From positions 160,642,001-160,706,000 of the forward strand of contig OZ024743.1 in assembly GCA_964016885.1 (NCBI GenBank): a DNA stretch of 64,000 nt, read 5' to 3'. The translations under genes were made by a program, and so were the position numbers. The stretch comes from Eledone cirrhosa (taxonomy: Eukaryota). This document shows, one piece after another, positions 24,201-35,717 of the stretch (within the stretch, counting starts at the first letter, position 1; each line of letters starts with the position of its first letter). A model generated the notes under the pieces. It saw only the letters and a list, made by a program, of their open reading frames with translations. It was not told where the DNA came from and did not search any database.

Positions 24201-25149
24201 CTATCTTGGATAGCTAAATTTGTGAATAAAATGATCTAAATGGCTTCAATCTCTGTAGAATGTCTATTGAATAAATCTCAGATTAGCACTAAATTAATCC
24301 TGAGATGCATTCAGAAATACTAATCCTATTTGGAAGTAATTCTTTGAAAAGAATTCTGAAATACTTTTTGATATCAATATTATAAAAACATAAATAAATG
24401 TGGTTGGGGAATCCTTAACTCTCTTTCAAAAATCAAATATACCGAACGTTGATTTGTTAAAATTCATTTCACAGGTTACATTTTAAGTGGTTAAGTTTAA
24501 TCGCAATCCTTCGCATGTTTTATGGTAAGCGAGGGTTAATATCTGAAATCGAAACGTTGGGGCTGGAATCATATTCATAGTAATCAATATGTAGATTACG
24601 TTATTGGATTAGGTTGTAAGTGGTCACATGTGAGAGATTAACAATTCATAAGAATGACAACGGTAATAATATTAATAATAATCATCCCCACCAAACCATC
24701 ATCATCTTCATCATCATTATTTCGATCAATACATATCTTCCACTTCACCATCTCCACTATCACTACCGTCAATACCATCATCTTCATTATTTCTACTTTA
24801 TATTCTTTTTCTTTATCCTCCCCTTCTCCACTTTCTTATTCGGTTTTTCGTCCTTCACCTCTTCTTCACGTCCTTCATATATTCTATTTCCTATCCCCTC
24901 ACATGCAATCTCCTCCTCTCACCCTCTTTCTCTTCTCTACCTTATTCTCTCCACATACTTCACTTCTCTTTCGTTCCCTCTACCTTCACCCCTTTTTCGC
25001 TCCTTTTTCTCCCTCTTCTTCACTCATCCTCCGACTCCCCCTTCACAATTTCTTTCTCTCGTCCCTCCCTTAAACTTCCCTCTCAGTAGCAGTAACACCA
25101 AGAACATTACTATAACCGTCATCACCATAGTTTTAACAGAGATATCTCT

Positions 25150-25580
25150 TAATATAATTGTTTCTGATTTAGGCACAAGACCAACAATTTTGAGAGGAGA
25201 GGAAAGTCGATTAAATCGACCCCATTGCATTACTGGTGCTTTATTTTATCGAGCCCGTAAGGATGAAAGGCAGAGCTAACCTTGGGGGGATTTGAACTCA
25301 GAACGTAAAGGCCCGTAACTCTATGTCGCAAAGCATGGTGTCCGACGCTCTGATATCTCTTACTATAATGATTTCTAGTATAGGCACAAGGCCAGTAATT
25401 TTGGGGAAGAAGAAAGTCGATTAAATCGACGCCAGTACGTTACTGGTGCTTTATTGTATCGACCCCGTAAGGATGAAAGACAAAGTTAACCTCGGCGAGA
25501 TTTGAACTCAGGCCGTAAAGGGCCGTAACTCTATGCTGCAAAGCATGGTGTCCTATTCCCTACCGATACTGCCAATTTAC
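25150..25580 (-). mobile_element. Two SINE copies (long variant)
   Basis: Reverse complement of the SINE including the GTCGATTTAATCGAC segment. Confidence 0.85.
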
Positions 25581-26595
25581 TTCCCTTATATTTCTTACTA
25601 TAATGCAAGTTGTAAGAAATATAAGGGCAGTAAATTATACAACTTACAGATCTGATGGTCAATAAAGAAAGCACAAGGTGATGGCTCTGTATCTGTTAGT
25701 TCAAAATAATGTATTTCATTTATCGACTTCCGTATGAGGCTTTCTATTTTAACTGTTTGGAGAACTCTCTGACACAAAGTAAGTACCAAAGGCGGTTGAC
25801 AAGTGCGCTAATAATACAAAAGTCTGCTGTGAATATATTGACTTTCAGAGTATTAAAATTAGAAATTAATTGCTAAACACTGAATTAGAATATAATAAAA
25901 GCTAACTAATATATCTTTATATCGCAATTAACCACACCATGTTCATGTAAACATTTTATTTGATTTAACCTATATCTGACATATATTAGGGCTGATCGTT
26001 ACAAGTAATATAACAATTAGCCCTTCTTTGTTAGATGATATAACATATTTATGGCTTTGTCAGAAGGTTAGAGTTTTTCATGGCCTCTATGACTGGCTAG
26101 AAGTTATCGCTTGACCGGCGACATGGCTCAGATGCGTACAACACAGTAAATTCCACTAAATGTATCCATGGACCAATGGTGATATTAAACCGGGCAACGA
26201 ATTAAATCTACTATCAAGATCATAAATCTATTGAGTTCTTACTGTATAAAGAAAAGTGAACTTTTACAGTCTGAAATATCAAACTTCATAAATTTCCTAT
26301 TTCCGAAACAGAACTCTGCGAAGCTAGGAGACATCTCAAGTTAAATTGTGAGAAAGTGATTAGTCAAACAATTTCGAACAACATGGCCTGGAGAGGGAAT
26401 AAAATTCATGTAGTCAGTTACGCTCGAGTCTCAAATAAGCGTTCCACCTCGTTTATTAATTTTTCAGATTTCTTCCACACACACCTGCTCTCATTTAAAC
26501 CTCACCCACCCCGTTTATTTTGTTAATCTATTTCCGACGAAATTTTATTTTAAGTGGTAACATTCACGCGATAATTAATTTTATTATAACCATGT

Positions 26596-26645
26596 CCATT
26601 ACGAGCTGAGGATCCGCTAAGGTGGAACAATTGTTCTCGGAATGG
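26596..26645 (+). ncRNA. Inactivated hammerhead ribozyme (GAA deleted)
   Basis: CCATTaCGAG-CTGAGGA-TCCGC-TAAG-GTGGA-ACAATTGT-T-CTCGgAATGG. Confidence 0.55.
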
Positions 26646-26749
26646 TGAACTAACTGTTGTGTAACCCCTTCTACCTAACTCGTCACATGGACTGAGTGCT
26701 CTACCACTACGGATATTACCTTCCAGTGTTCTACCACTATATATATATC

Positions 26750-27010
26750 TAAGACGGGTAAAATTCCCGAGATCCATGGACGAGTTCTCTCCAGCGGTCT
26801 CTGTCCCTCATTATCGCTGCCATGTCTTGCGTCTCCAAAAGTCAGCTCAAAAGTGACACAGAGGAGACTGAGGTTAGCTGGACATGCTCACCGACATCCA
26901 GAGTTGACATTGCACTCAGTGCTCCTTTGGGAGTCGCTACATGGACACACTAGAAGAGGAAGACCAAGGTTAACGTATGTTGATGCCCTAAGGACAGACA
27001 CTGGTCTGTT

Positions 27011-27012
<2 letters not shown>
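26750..27012 (-). mobile_element. Short RTE 3' end with inverted 5' segment
   Basis: Plus piece 26837-27012 (..GRPRLTYVDALRTDTGLL) continues in the minus piece from 26836 (ETQDMAAIMRDRDRWRELV). Confidence 0.7.
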
Positions 27013-27055
<43 letters not shown>

Positions 27056-27541
27056 GTATTAAATTAACATTGTAAATAAAAACAACAAAGTCAAGTTACA
27101 TTACCCATTCATATAATTGTTTTACGATCGTTTCGGAGGGTCGATCATATTGACATATTGTCTGAACTATAGCAGTTATATAACTATATACTATCAGGCC
27201 ACATATATAGGTTCGATGAGACCGCCTTCTTCCGAAACATTGTTTCTTCTTATCTTCGTACGAATGTATAACCCCCCCCCCCCCCACATACACACATAGA
27301 CACAAACATGCATACGCCCGCGCACAAGTATAGCTCGTTTTACAAAACTTTTTTTTTTTCATTTCAGGTAGACGCACTCCATCATCCTCTTTTCTAAAAA
27401 AAATAAATCATAATCTAAACACCAGCACCAACAGTTTTCCAAGAGATGTCAACATGAATGGACCTGTTATTTTTATCTAAAGACATTTTTTTTCCTATTC
27501 CAACCCGCCCGTCCCCTTAATCTATAATATTTCTCATTCTT

Positions 27542-27577
27542 TCTTCTGATGAAGGACTAGCGTCCGAAACGTTAAGA
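27542..27577 (+). ncRNA. Minimal hammerhead ribozyme
   Basis: TCTT-CTGATGA-A-GGAC-TAGC-GTCC-GAAA-CG-TT|AAGA. Confidence 0.8.
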
Positions 27578-27802
27578 TCCTCTTCCTGCTATTTCAAGCG
27601 TTAACCTAATATATTCCTTCCATATACTGCACCGATTGTGTTTACCTTTTACACACCCACCTTTTACATGTATATATAATATATATATATATACATATAT
27701 ATATATTTATTAAAATAATTTGCTCTACGGTTCTTATATATTTGATATATATTTATCCTTATCGAGCCCTCTTTGGATTTTAGTCTTCAAATTTATTATT
27801 AT

Positions 27803-27852
<50 letters not shown>

Positions 27853-28252
27853 TAAGGAGATAAGGTGAATAAAGAAAAAGTTAAATGAATTATGAACTTA
27901 GAGGAATTAGTTAGGGTCCAAGTTTCTTTCTCTGTATTGTAATAGGAAAAAGTAAATAATAGGTTTAATACGAACACGGAAGGAGAGAAGAAAGAAGAAA
28001 ATTCAAGGTAGAAAAAATATATAACGTCAACAAATATATGTTTACAAAATTTACTAATGGTAATATTAGTATATATTAAAAATAAAATTTGTATGGCCAA
28101 GAATATAAGGGAAATTCCTTTTCTTTAATCATGAACATCTCCATTCATAAACCTCATTAACTTTTAATTTCAAAATTGTTTTTAAATTATGTATTATCTT
28201 ACAACGTTTTTTTTTTATTTCTCTCTGTGAGACAATGTTTCTCAGTATTAAA

Positions 28253-28332
<80 letters not shown>

Positions 28333-28578
28333 TCTCTCTCTCTCTCTTTCTCACTCATTTCTCCTCCTCGCTCATCCTTCCTTCTTATACTTCTCCTCCG
28401 TCATCCTTTCCTTATCATTATTTTTTTTTTTTTTTTTCTTTCTTCCTCTTCCTTAACTTTTCCTTCCCCCTTCCTTCTTTTTTCCCAATCTCATATATCC
28501 ATCTTATTTTATTTTTCATATGTTGATTTAACACATCACTGCTCGCAAGTCTTTTTTAAGCTTCATATCATGTCTCCC

Positions 28579-28649
28579 TATTTTATCTGATGAGAACACA
28601 AATATCATCCCATGATGATATTTGTTTTTGAAATGCGCATAATAAAATA
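28579..28649 (+). ncRNA. Hammerhead ribozyme heading a ~210-bp repeat (same family as 8.35-8.83 kb)
   Basis: TATTTTAT-CTGATGA-..CAAATATCATC-CCAT-GATGATATTTG..-GAAA-TGCGCA-TA|ATAAAATA. Confidence 0.8.
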
Positions 28650-28880
28650 CATGGAACTCTTTTAACCATTTTTTGATTTTATATTATTTATACTCCAGTC
28701 CTATCAACTGTTGAGTGCTACTTATCCGATATTTGCATTGCTTTATTGTACTACAATAAAACTCACCTCTTACATATATATATATATATATATGTAAAAG
28801 GCAAACAGAAATTACAACACAATCGGTGCAGTATATGGACAGAATATATTAGGTTAACGCTTCAAATAGCAGGAAAAGGG

Positions 28881-28916
28881 TCTTAACGTTTCGGACGCTA
28901 GTCCTTCATCAGAAGA
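28881..28916 (-). ncRNA. Minimal hammerhead ribozyme (identical to 27542-27577)
   Basis: Reverse complement of the same core. Confidence 0.8.
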
Positions 28917-29699
28917 AAGAATGAGAAATAAGATAAATTGAGGGGACGGGCGGGTTGGAATTGGAAAAAAATGTCTTTAGATAAAAATAACAGGTCCATT
29001 CATGTTGACATCTCTTGGAAAACTGTTGGTGCTGGCGTTTTGAGTATGATTTATTTATTTAGAAAAGTGGGTGATGGAGCGCGTCTACCTGAAATGGAAA
29101 AAAAAACGTTTTGTAAAACGAGCTATACTTGTACGCGGGCGTATGCATGTGCGTGTGTGTGTGTTATTATACGCCCGTCCGTAGCTAAGAATATATATGT
29201 AAATAGGGAGAAAAAGACGATTATTAGGAAGAAAAAAATGTTTTTGTCCTTTTATTTTTTTCTCTTTTTTCTGGGTTAGAAAATGTTTAAAACAAAATAT
29301 TTTACTTTGTGTGGAGTGTTAAGGTATTAGTTAATTTATTTATTAATTAACAATAGCATTTATTTATTTATATATTTAATAATTGTCTATTACCGGTTTC
29401 AGCATTTTATGCATTATCAAAGGGGGGAATTTGTATTGGTATAAAATGCTGGAGAGAAGATAATGTGACTTTGAAAATATTAAGGAAATTGGAAAGAAAG
29501 AATAATATTATTTACAAACAAGGATTTTGAAGTAAAAACAAAAAAAGATAAAAAAAAGGGGGTGATGTGGAACACGATAAGGTAATGGGAAAGAAAGAAT
29601 AATATTATTTACATGCATAGTTCTTAAGGATAAGCAGTTCAAAAGGTGTTATTATGGCAAGAGCGCTTGGTTGGTCCATGATGGCGGCAAATGGTAGTG

Positions 29700-29797
<98 letters not shown>

Positions 29798-29965
29798 ATA
29801 TATATAGAAATAATAATAATAATACATTTGAAGACTAAAATCCAAAGAGAGCTCGATAATAAATATTTACTTCTGCGTTCATAAATCAATTTTTTTTAGT
29901 TTCAGAAGATCCCGTTAAGGATGAAAACAGCGATTCTTTGCTTAAATTTTAATCTATTTTAATAA

Positions 29966-30098
<133 letters not shown>

Positions 30099-30151
30099 CC
30101 AGAATTAGCCGTCGAAACGGCTTGAGCTCAGCCGTCGGGGTCCTAATCGTT

Positions 30152-30185
<34 letters not shown>

Positions 30186-30189
30186 AAAT

Positions 30190-30910
30190 GTGTCAGCCAA
30201 AACAGGACTGCGGGCACAAAGGAATAATTCAAACCCAAACCACAAACTACAAGTTTTTTTCGTTCGAAATAATCACCCTTGAGTCTAATGCTCTTTCCCA
30301 TCCTTCTCCGTTACCCCATCCATGCAGTCGTGGATGGATTCTTCAGGGAATCTCCGCAGCTCCGTCATCATGGCCCTCGTGATAGCTTCTACGCTCGAAA
30401 AAAGGGTCGCCGTAACTCATCACCGGTAATGACTCTATCCAGCATCGGTTTCACGAAACTCCAAGATTTCCTGACACGCCTGCAAGCGTCGCTTTTTCTG
30501 GTCATTGTTTAGCAGCTTCGGTACCATCTTCGTGCAGATCTTCCGCATGTTTAAATCTTCGGTGATAATCTGCACAGCGCTATCACGGTTCATACTCAAC
30601 TCACTTGCGATCAGTCAAATATTCAGCTGACGATCACCACGCACCACCTGCTTCACATGCTCGGCGTTGTCCTCAGTCATGCTCGTTGAAGGCCTTCCGC
30701 TCCCAGTGTCATCTTCCACTTGGTCGCCTCCCTCTTTGAACTTTTTGTATCACGCAAAAACCCACGAGTGCGACATCGTCTCATTTCCGTACTCTCGCTA
30801 CATTATTACGAGTGCTTCTGACGGAGTTTTCGTCAGCCGGACAAGAAATGTCAGCCTTTGTTCGTTACTCTGTGTCCGTTGTTCGACGACATAAAACTGA
30901 GGAGCTGTTA
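30190..30910 (-). mobile_element. Internally deleted, degenerate mariner transposon
   Basis: KTPSEA..SGRPSTS..LNMRKICTKMVPKLL (WVPxxL-like) and C-terminal KGDYFE. Confidence 0.8.
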
Positions 30911-31174
30911 ACAGAAGCACATACAATGGCTGGAGAGAGTTATTGTCGCAGTTATATATTCCTCGGATTTTTACGTCACAAGATATGAGATATAAATATT
31001 GTACGTAAGAAAATACAAACTGATAACTCAGATTGTACACTACATATTATCAATAAAGAAAATAGCAGCGGGTGGGTAATGATAGTTTCATATAAATCCG
31101 GGCTATCGACAGTTTCTGCACTACAGTCTGATCTTCACAGTTACAACTGCAACTGTTATTCACAGTAGTTATAT

Positions 31175-31227
31175 ATTATCTCCAGACATTTCACACCGGG
31201 CGCTACACTGTGTCGTCAGTGGATAAT
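31175..31227 (-). ncRNA. Minimal hammerhead ribozyme motif
   Basis: ATTATCCA-CTGACGA-CAC..GTGT-GAAA-T-GTC|TGGAGATAAT. Confidence 0.6.
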
Positions 31228-31704
31228 CGTCTAACCTAAAAACGGAAATGTTTGTCGATAATACATTTAAGTCTGGTCTCTGTTGCTATTAAATGTTGCA
31301 TTCTCAGAGTTACGGTGAAACGTGACGCCATGTAGAGGAAGTCATTCAAGTCACCGTTTTGAAGAAACGCGTTGGCGGAAAATTCAAAAACTGATTTCTA
31401 GCTATAGGCTAGAAAAATACAGTTAGACAAACACCACAGCAAGAAACAAAAACAGAGTTGCACAAAATATATATCAAACTAAATTAAAATTAAAAAATAC
31501 GTTCAACTTATATTCAGATTCAAATCTGCCTGCCAGCTTGGAGAGAAAATGAACAATTTTAGTTTACGAAGCCAGCCGAAGAGCTTCCATGGAGTTGTTT
31601 ACCCCCGCAAGATTTGTACGTAAGAAAATAAAAACTTATAACTGTCCTGTCTGGATATATATATATATAAATATATATATATATATTATTATTATTATTA
31701 TTAT

Positions 31705-33224
31705 TATTGTTCTTTGAGTCTCAGTCATTGATGTTATTTAACTGGAAAGTTTGTTGAAATGAATATCAAGCCATTACCCGCAGCCCCAGACATTCAGGAC
31801 GTAACGGAGGGTTCTTGCTGTTCTCACCAAGCATGCCTTTTGAAGTGTTCCAAAAAGCGGGGCTGGACTAATCTTCTTTAACCATCCTTGGAAACTCTTT
31901 GAGATAGTACCTAATACCTATTGGGACAATCGGGACGACATTGACTTCATGACAGTTCCAAATCCTTTTTACCTCTCACTTTAAGTCCTGGTATCAGTTA
32001 ATTTTCTCCCTCTCTTTTTCTTGCACTCTCGTGTCAAATGGGCAGGCTACATCTACAATCAGGCACGATCTTTTTTCCTTGTCCAAAACCACCAGGTCAG
32101 GCCTATTGTGTTCTAAATTCTTGTCCTTCTGTATCCTAAAATCCCATAGCACATTCACCTGATCGTTTTCTATCACTGACTTTGGCTTATGCTCATACCA
32201 CTTATCAGAATGTGGTAAATTGTTTACTTTGCATAGATTCCAGTAGATTACCCTGCCCATCACATCATGTCTCCAGCCTTTATAGTGAGTCTGGGCTTTA
32301 CACTCGGATACAATGTGAGCCACAGTCTCCTCTCTCTCTCCACAGATCCTACACAGTAAGCTAGCCTCCTCCTTGTCAATATTGTGTTTCACCTACTTCG
32401 TTCTGAGGGCTTGCTCTTGCGCAGCCATTAGCATTCCTTCTGTAGCTTTTTAAAGGTCTCCTCTTTTTAACCAGTTCCATGTCTGTGGATCTCTAAGTTC
32501 CTTTTTCTTAAAAAAGGTGCTATGAAAGGATTTTTCATGACGGTTGCTGTTCCTCCTTGTTGTTATTTCCTCCTTGGACATCCCCTGTCTCCTCCTTCAG
32601 TACAATTTTGAGCATTGGCTCCCTACTGTCAGCCACATATTTATGAAGGTTGTTTTTTTCCATCTGAACACGGTCCTCTATGCTGATAAGACCTCTTCCA
32701 CCTTCAGATCTCTTTAAGTAGAGTCTATCAACGTCACTCCTCTTGTGGAAGATGCTGTAGATAGTCATTAGCTTCCTAGTCTTCCTATCCATTTCTTTTT
32801 GTTCAGCAACATTCCATTTCAGAATTCCCACACAGCTCGGGAATTTACTGCACTTATGACGTTCCTACTATTTAGATGGGATTTTAATATGTACCTTACT
32901 CTCTTTATGTATTCAGATATTATCAATTTCTTCATTTTTTTGTTCTTGATATCATCTGCCTCCAGAACACCTAAATATTTGTATCCCCCTTCAGTATCAA
33001 TTTCCTTTATAATTTCACCTGTTGGTACCTGGATTCCGTTCCATCTGCTCAATTTACCGCTCCTCATCACAAGGACTCCACGCTTATTCCATACATATAT
33101 TATTCCATACATATATTATTCCATACATATATCATTGCTGAAAATACGGACAGTGTCAACAAGTACACCCAACTCCTCACTGTTCCCAAAGAGTTTAAGA
33201 TCGTCCATGAAGAGGAGGTGGTTG
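31705..33224 (-). mobile_element. R4/Dong-like LINE 3' part with (TAA)n tail
   Basis: HLLFMDDLKL, CRICGEREETVAHIVSEC, HNRPDLVV..DVACPFD. Confidence 0.88.
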
Positions 33225-33390
33225 TCGGACGCCATGCTTTGACGCAAAGAATTACGGCCCTTTCCATTCTGAGTTCAAATCCCGCCGAGGTTAACTTTGC
33301 CTTTCATCCTTACGGGGTCGATAAAATAAAGTACCAGTATTACACTGGGTAATTGCAGACCTTGTGCCAACAGTAGAAACCATTATTATT
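33225..33390 (+). mobile_element. 5'-truncated SINE whose (ATT)n tail precedes the Tx1 element
   Basis: SINE consensus match. Confidence 0.85.
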
Positions 33391-33392
33391 AA

Positions 33393-33429
<37 letters not shown>

Positions 33430-34098
33430 GGCGACCTACGTAGGAAATCGTATTATCGTGAGTTCCGCAAAGGTTTGTGTTTTCAGTTGTTTAAAATTGC
33501 CATTTATGGAAAATTTTTATTGTTAACTGTATATAAGTGCACATACATTGTTTTCTAAAAAGGACACTCAAAAAGATTGAGGCCTTGAGCCCAAAATTTA
33601 AACTTTTATAATTATCAAACAAAAATTTCTTTGAAAAATCATGGACGACTCACAGTCACACCTTCCTCACAAACTAACACCTCACACTGACACCACCATT
33701 GTAAATATTACTACGTTTGCCAACACTAAAAATATAAGCAGTAGCAATAATTTTAAATTTGTCTCATGCAGACATTCATTATTCGCCATTACCAATGAGT
33801 GCAGGTGTTGAAGCCGCCACCCCCACAACCACTACAACGACAACAGAAACAAAAGAAGAAAAAAATTATCTCGTGACATCGAAATGGATTCACCCAAAGT
33901 CGACTCTTCCACACCGAACACCACTGACGCCACTACTACCACAACTGAAACTAAAAATAACAATAACAAAAATAACGATAACAACAACAGCAACAACAAC
34001 AATGAGAATAAGAAAACCACCCTCAGTAGCAAAAAAGTGCGAAGCAATCTAAGTAACTTAGGAGGAATTAGATGAAGCCAAGAGAATGGTAAAGAAAG

Positions 34099-35292
34099 AT
34101 GGGTACAGGGTCAGCCTCCCCCCCCCATCCACCCACACACACACCCAATAAAATGGAGCATCGGCGCCTATACACCGTGTCTTATCGGACGATTAACATA
34201 AAATCGCGCCGAGTGGAACGAGCATCCGAATCCCAAATCCAAAAAGCTTTGGGACATGTGTGGGCAAGAAAACCCCACACCAGACGTGGGCAGAAATATG
34301 GAACCGTGGACGTGTTCTTTGGAACACCACAGGAGGCCAGAGAACACTCCATGGCCCCATTAAGAAGTGACGACTTCACACTCGTCCCAAGCGATTGTGG
34401 CCAGAGAGTCGTGAAGATCAGGGTGACCCACGTTCCACCGGCCATCGAAATTCCCTGGCTAATGGCTGCCGTCCTCGCCGACATCGAGGCCAACACCAAG
34501 ATAATCGAAATAGCGAAAGAAAAGCAGGAGAACTGGTCCGGATCTGGGATGGAGCTCCTGATCCAAGTGGATCAAAAAAGCATTGAGGAGATCTCAGAGG
34601 TAATAGACCTCACTGACGGCAGCCACCTCACCGTAATCGTCGAGGGCAGAAGGCCTAGGTGTGTCGTTTGTGGTGAAGTAACCCACCTAAGAGCGTTCTG
34701 CCCTCAGGCTAAAAGGTTGAGGCCACCTCTCTTACCCATCCCAGTGACTCAACCATCAACACCACCAGCAGCAGAAATGGCAGCAACAACTGTAGCAGCA
34801 ACAACAGAAGCAACTGTAACAGCAACAACCCCAGCAACAGTAGAAAAACCAACACCACCACCACCCAACGAGCCAGAACTAGCACCATCCACTACGCCAC
34901 AACCAAAACCAACGCCTGTGGAGGATTTTCCACTCCCCGACCTAACGCAACTGGAGACAGATTGTGACGAGGGGGAGTGGGAAACGGTATCAGGAAAAAA
35001 GAAAAAAAGAAAAAGAAGCCAAAAAAGAAAAAATCCTCTTCCTTCCGCCTCCAAAAACAAAATACAGAGGGAAACAAATAAACTATCAAACAAAAAAGTT
35101 AGGACAGCTATGCCACCATCGACACTAGCATCACCAACCACATCACCACAGACACCAAAACCGTCACCATCATTAACCCCAACACCACCATCACCTACAC
35201 CACAAAAGTCACCAAAAAGCGAAACAGAAACAAACCCACAACAAACGCAAACAAAACAAAACAACCAAAACGATACACACTACACAGCATGA
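34099..35292 (+). pseudogene. Tx1 ORF1 (gag-like RNA-binding) main segment
   Basis: 397-aa ORF with zinc knuckle, Pro/Thr-rich region and WETVSGKKKK motif. Confidence 0.75.
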
Positions 35293-35307
35293 AATTTGAA
35301 CAACAAT

Positions 35308-35404
35308 TGGTTGACTTTGCCTTTCATCCTTACGGGGTCGATAAAATAAAGTTCCAGTAATGCACTGGGTAATTGCTGGCCTTGTGCCTAAAGTAGAAAC
35401 AATT
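35308..35404 (+). mobile_element. 5'-truncated SINE inserted in Tx1 with 16-bp TSD
   Basis: AAATTTGAACAACAAT at 35292-35307 and 35405-35420; absent from the copy at ~60700. Confidence 0.9.
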
Positions 35405-35717
35405 AAATTTGAACAACAATCAATTATTACACTACATACAACACAACACCAGCATCACAGAAAAAAACTACACAACAACCAAAAATCCACACCAACTCCG
35501 CATTTACAAATAACTCGCATCGCACAGAAAACGTACACGGCATTAAAACAAAAATTCCCCAAAGACATCGGAGACTTTCGACAAGCACTCTCCAGGGGGA
35601 TTTATAAGGACATCCTTCCGGAGGAGGCCAGAAGCAATGAAAAGGATGGAGAAACCATCCTTCCTCTATGAGAAGTAAGGTAAGTGATCTTTCCAATCTT
35701 TTCCACTCCATTTCAAC

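Larger units (their letters stand above)
27300..29155. repeat. ~345-bp inverted repeat (27300-27643 / 28816-29155), each arm carrying an HHR
   Basis: Arms are reverse complements with scattered mismatches. Confidence 0.9.
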
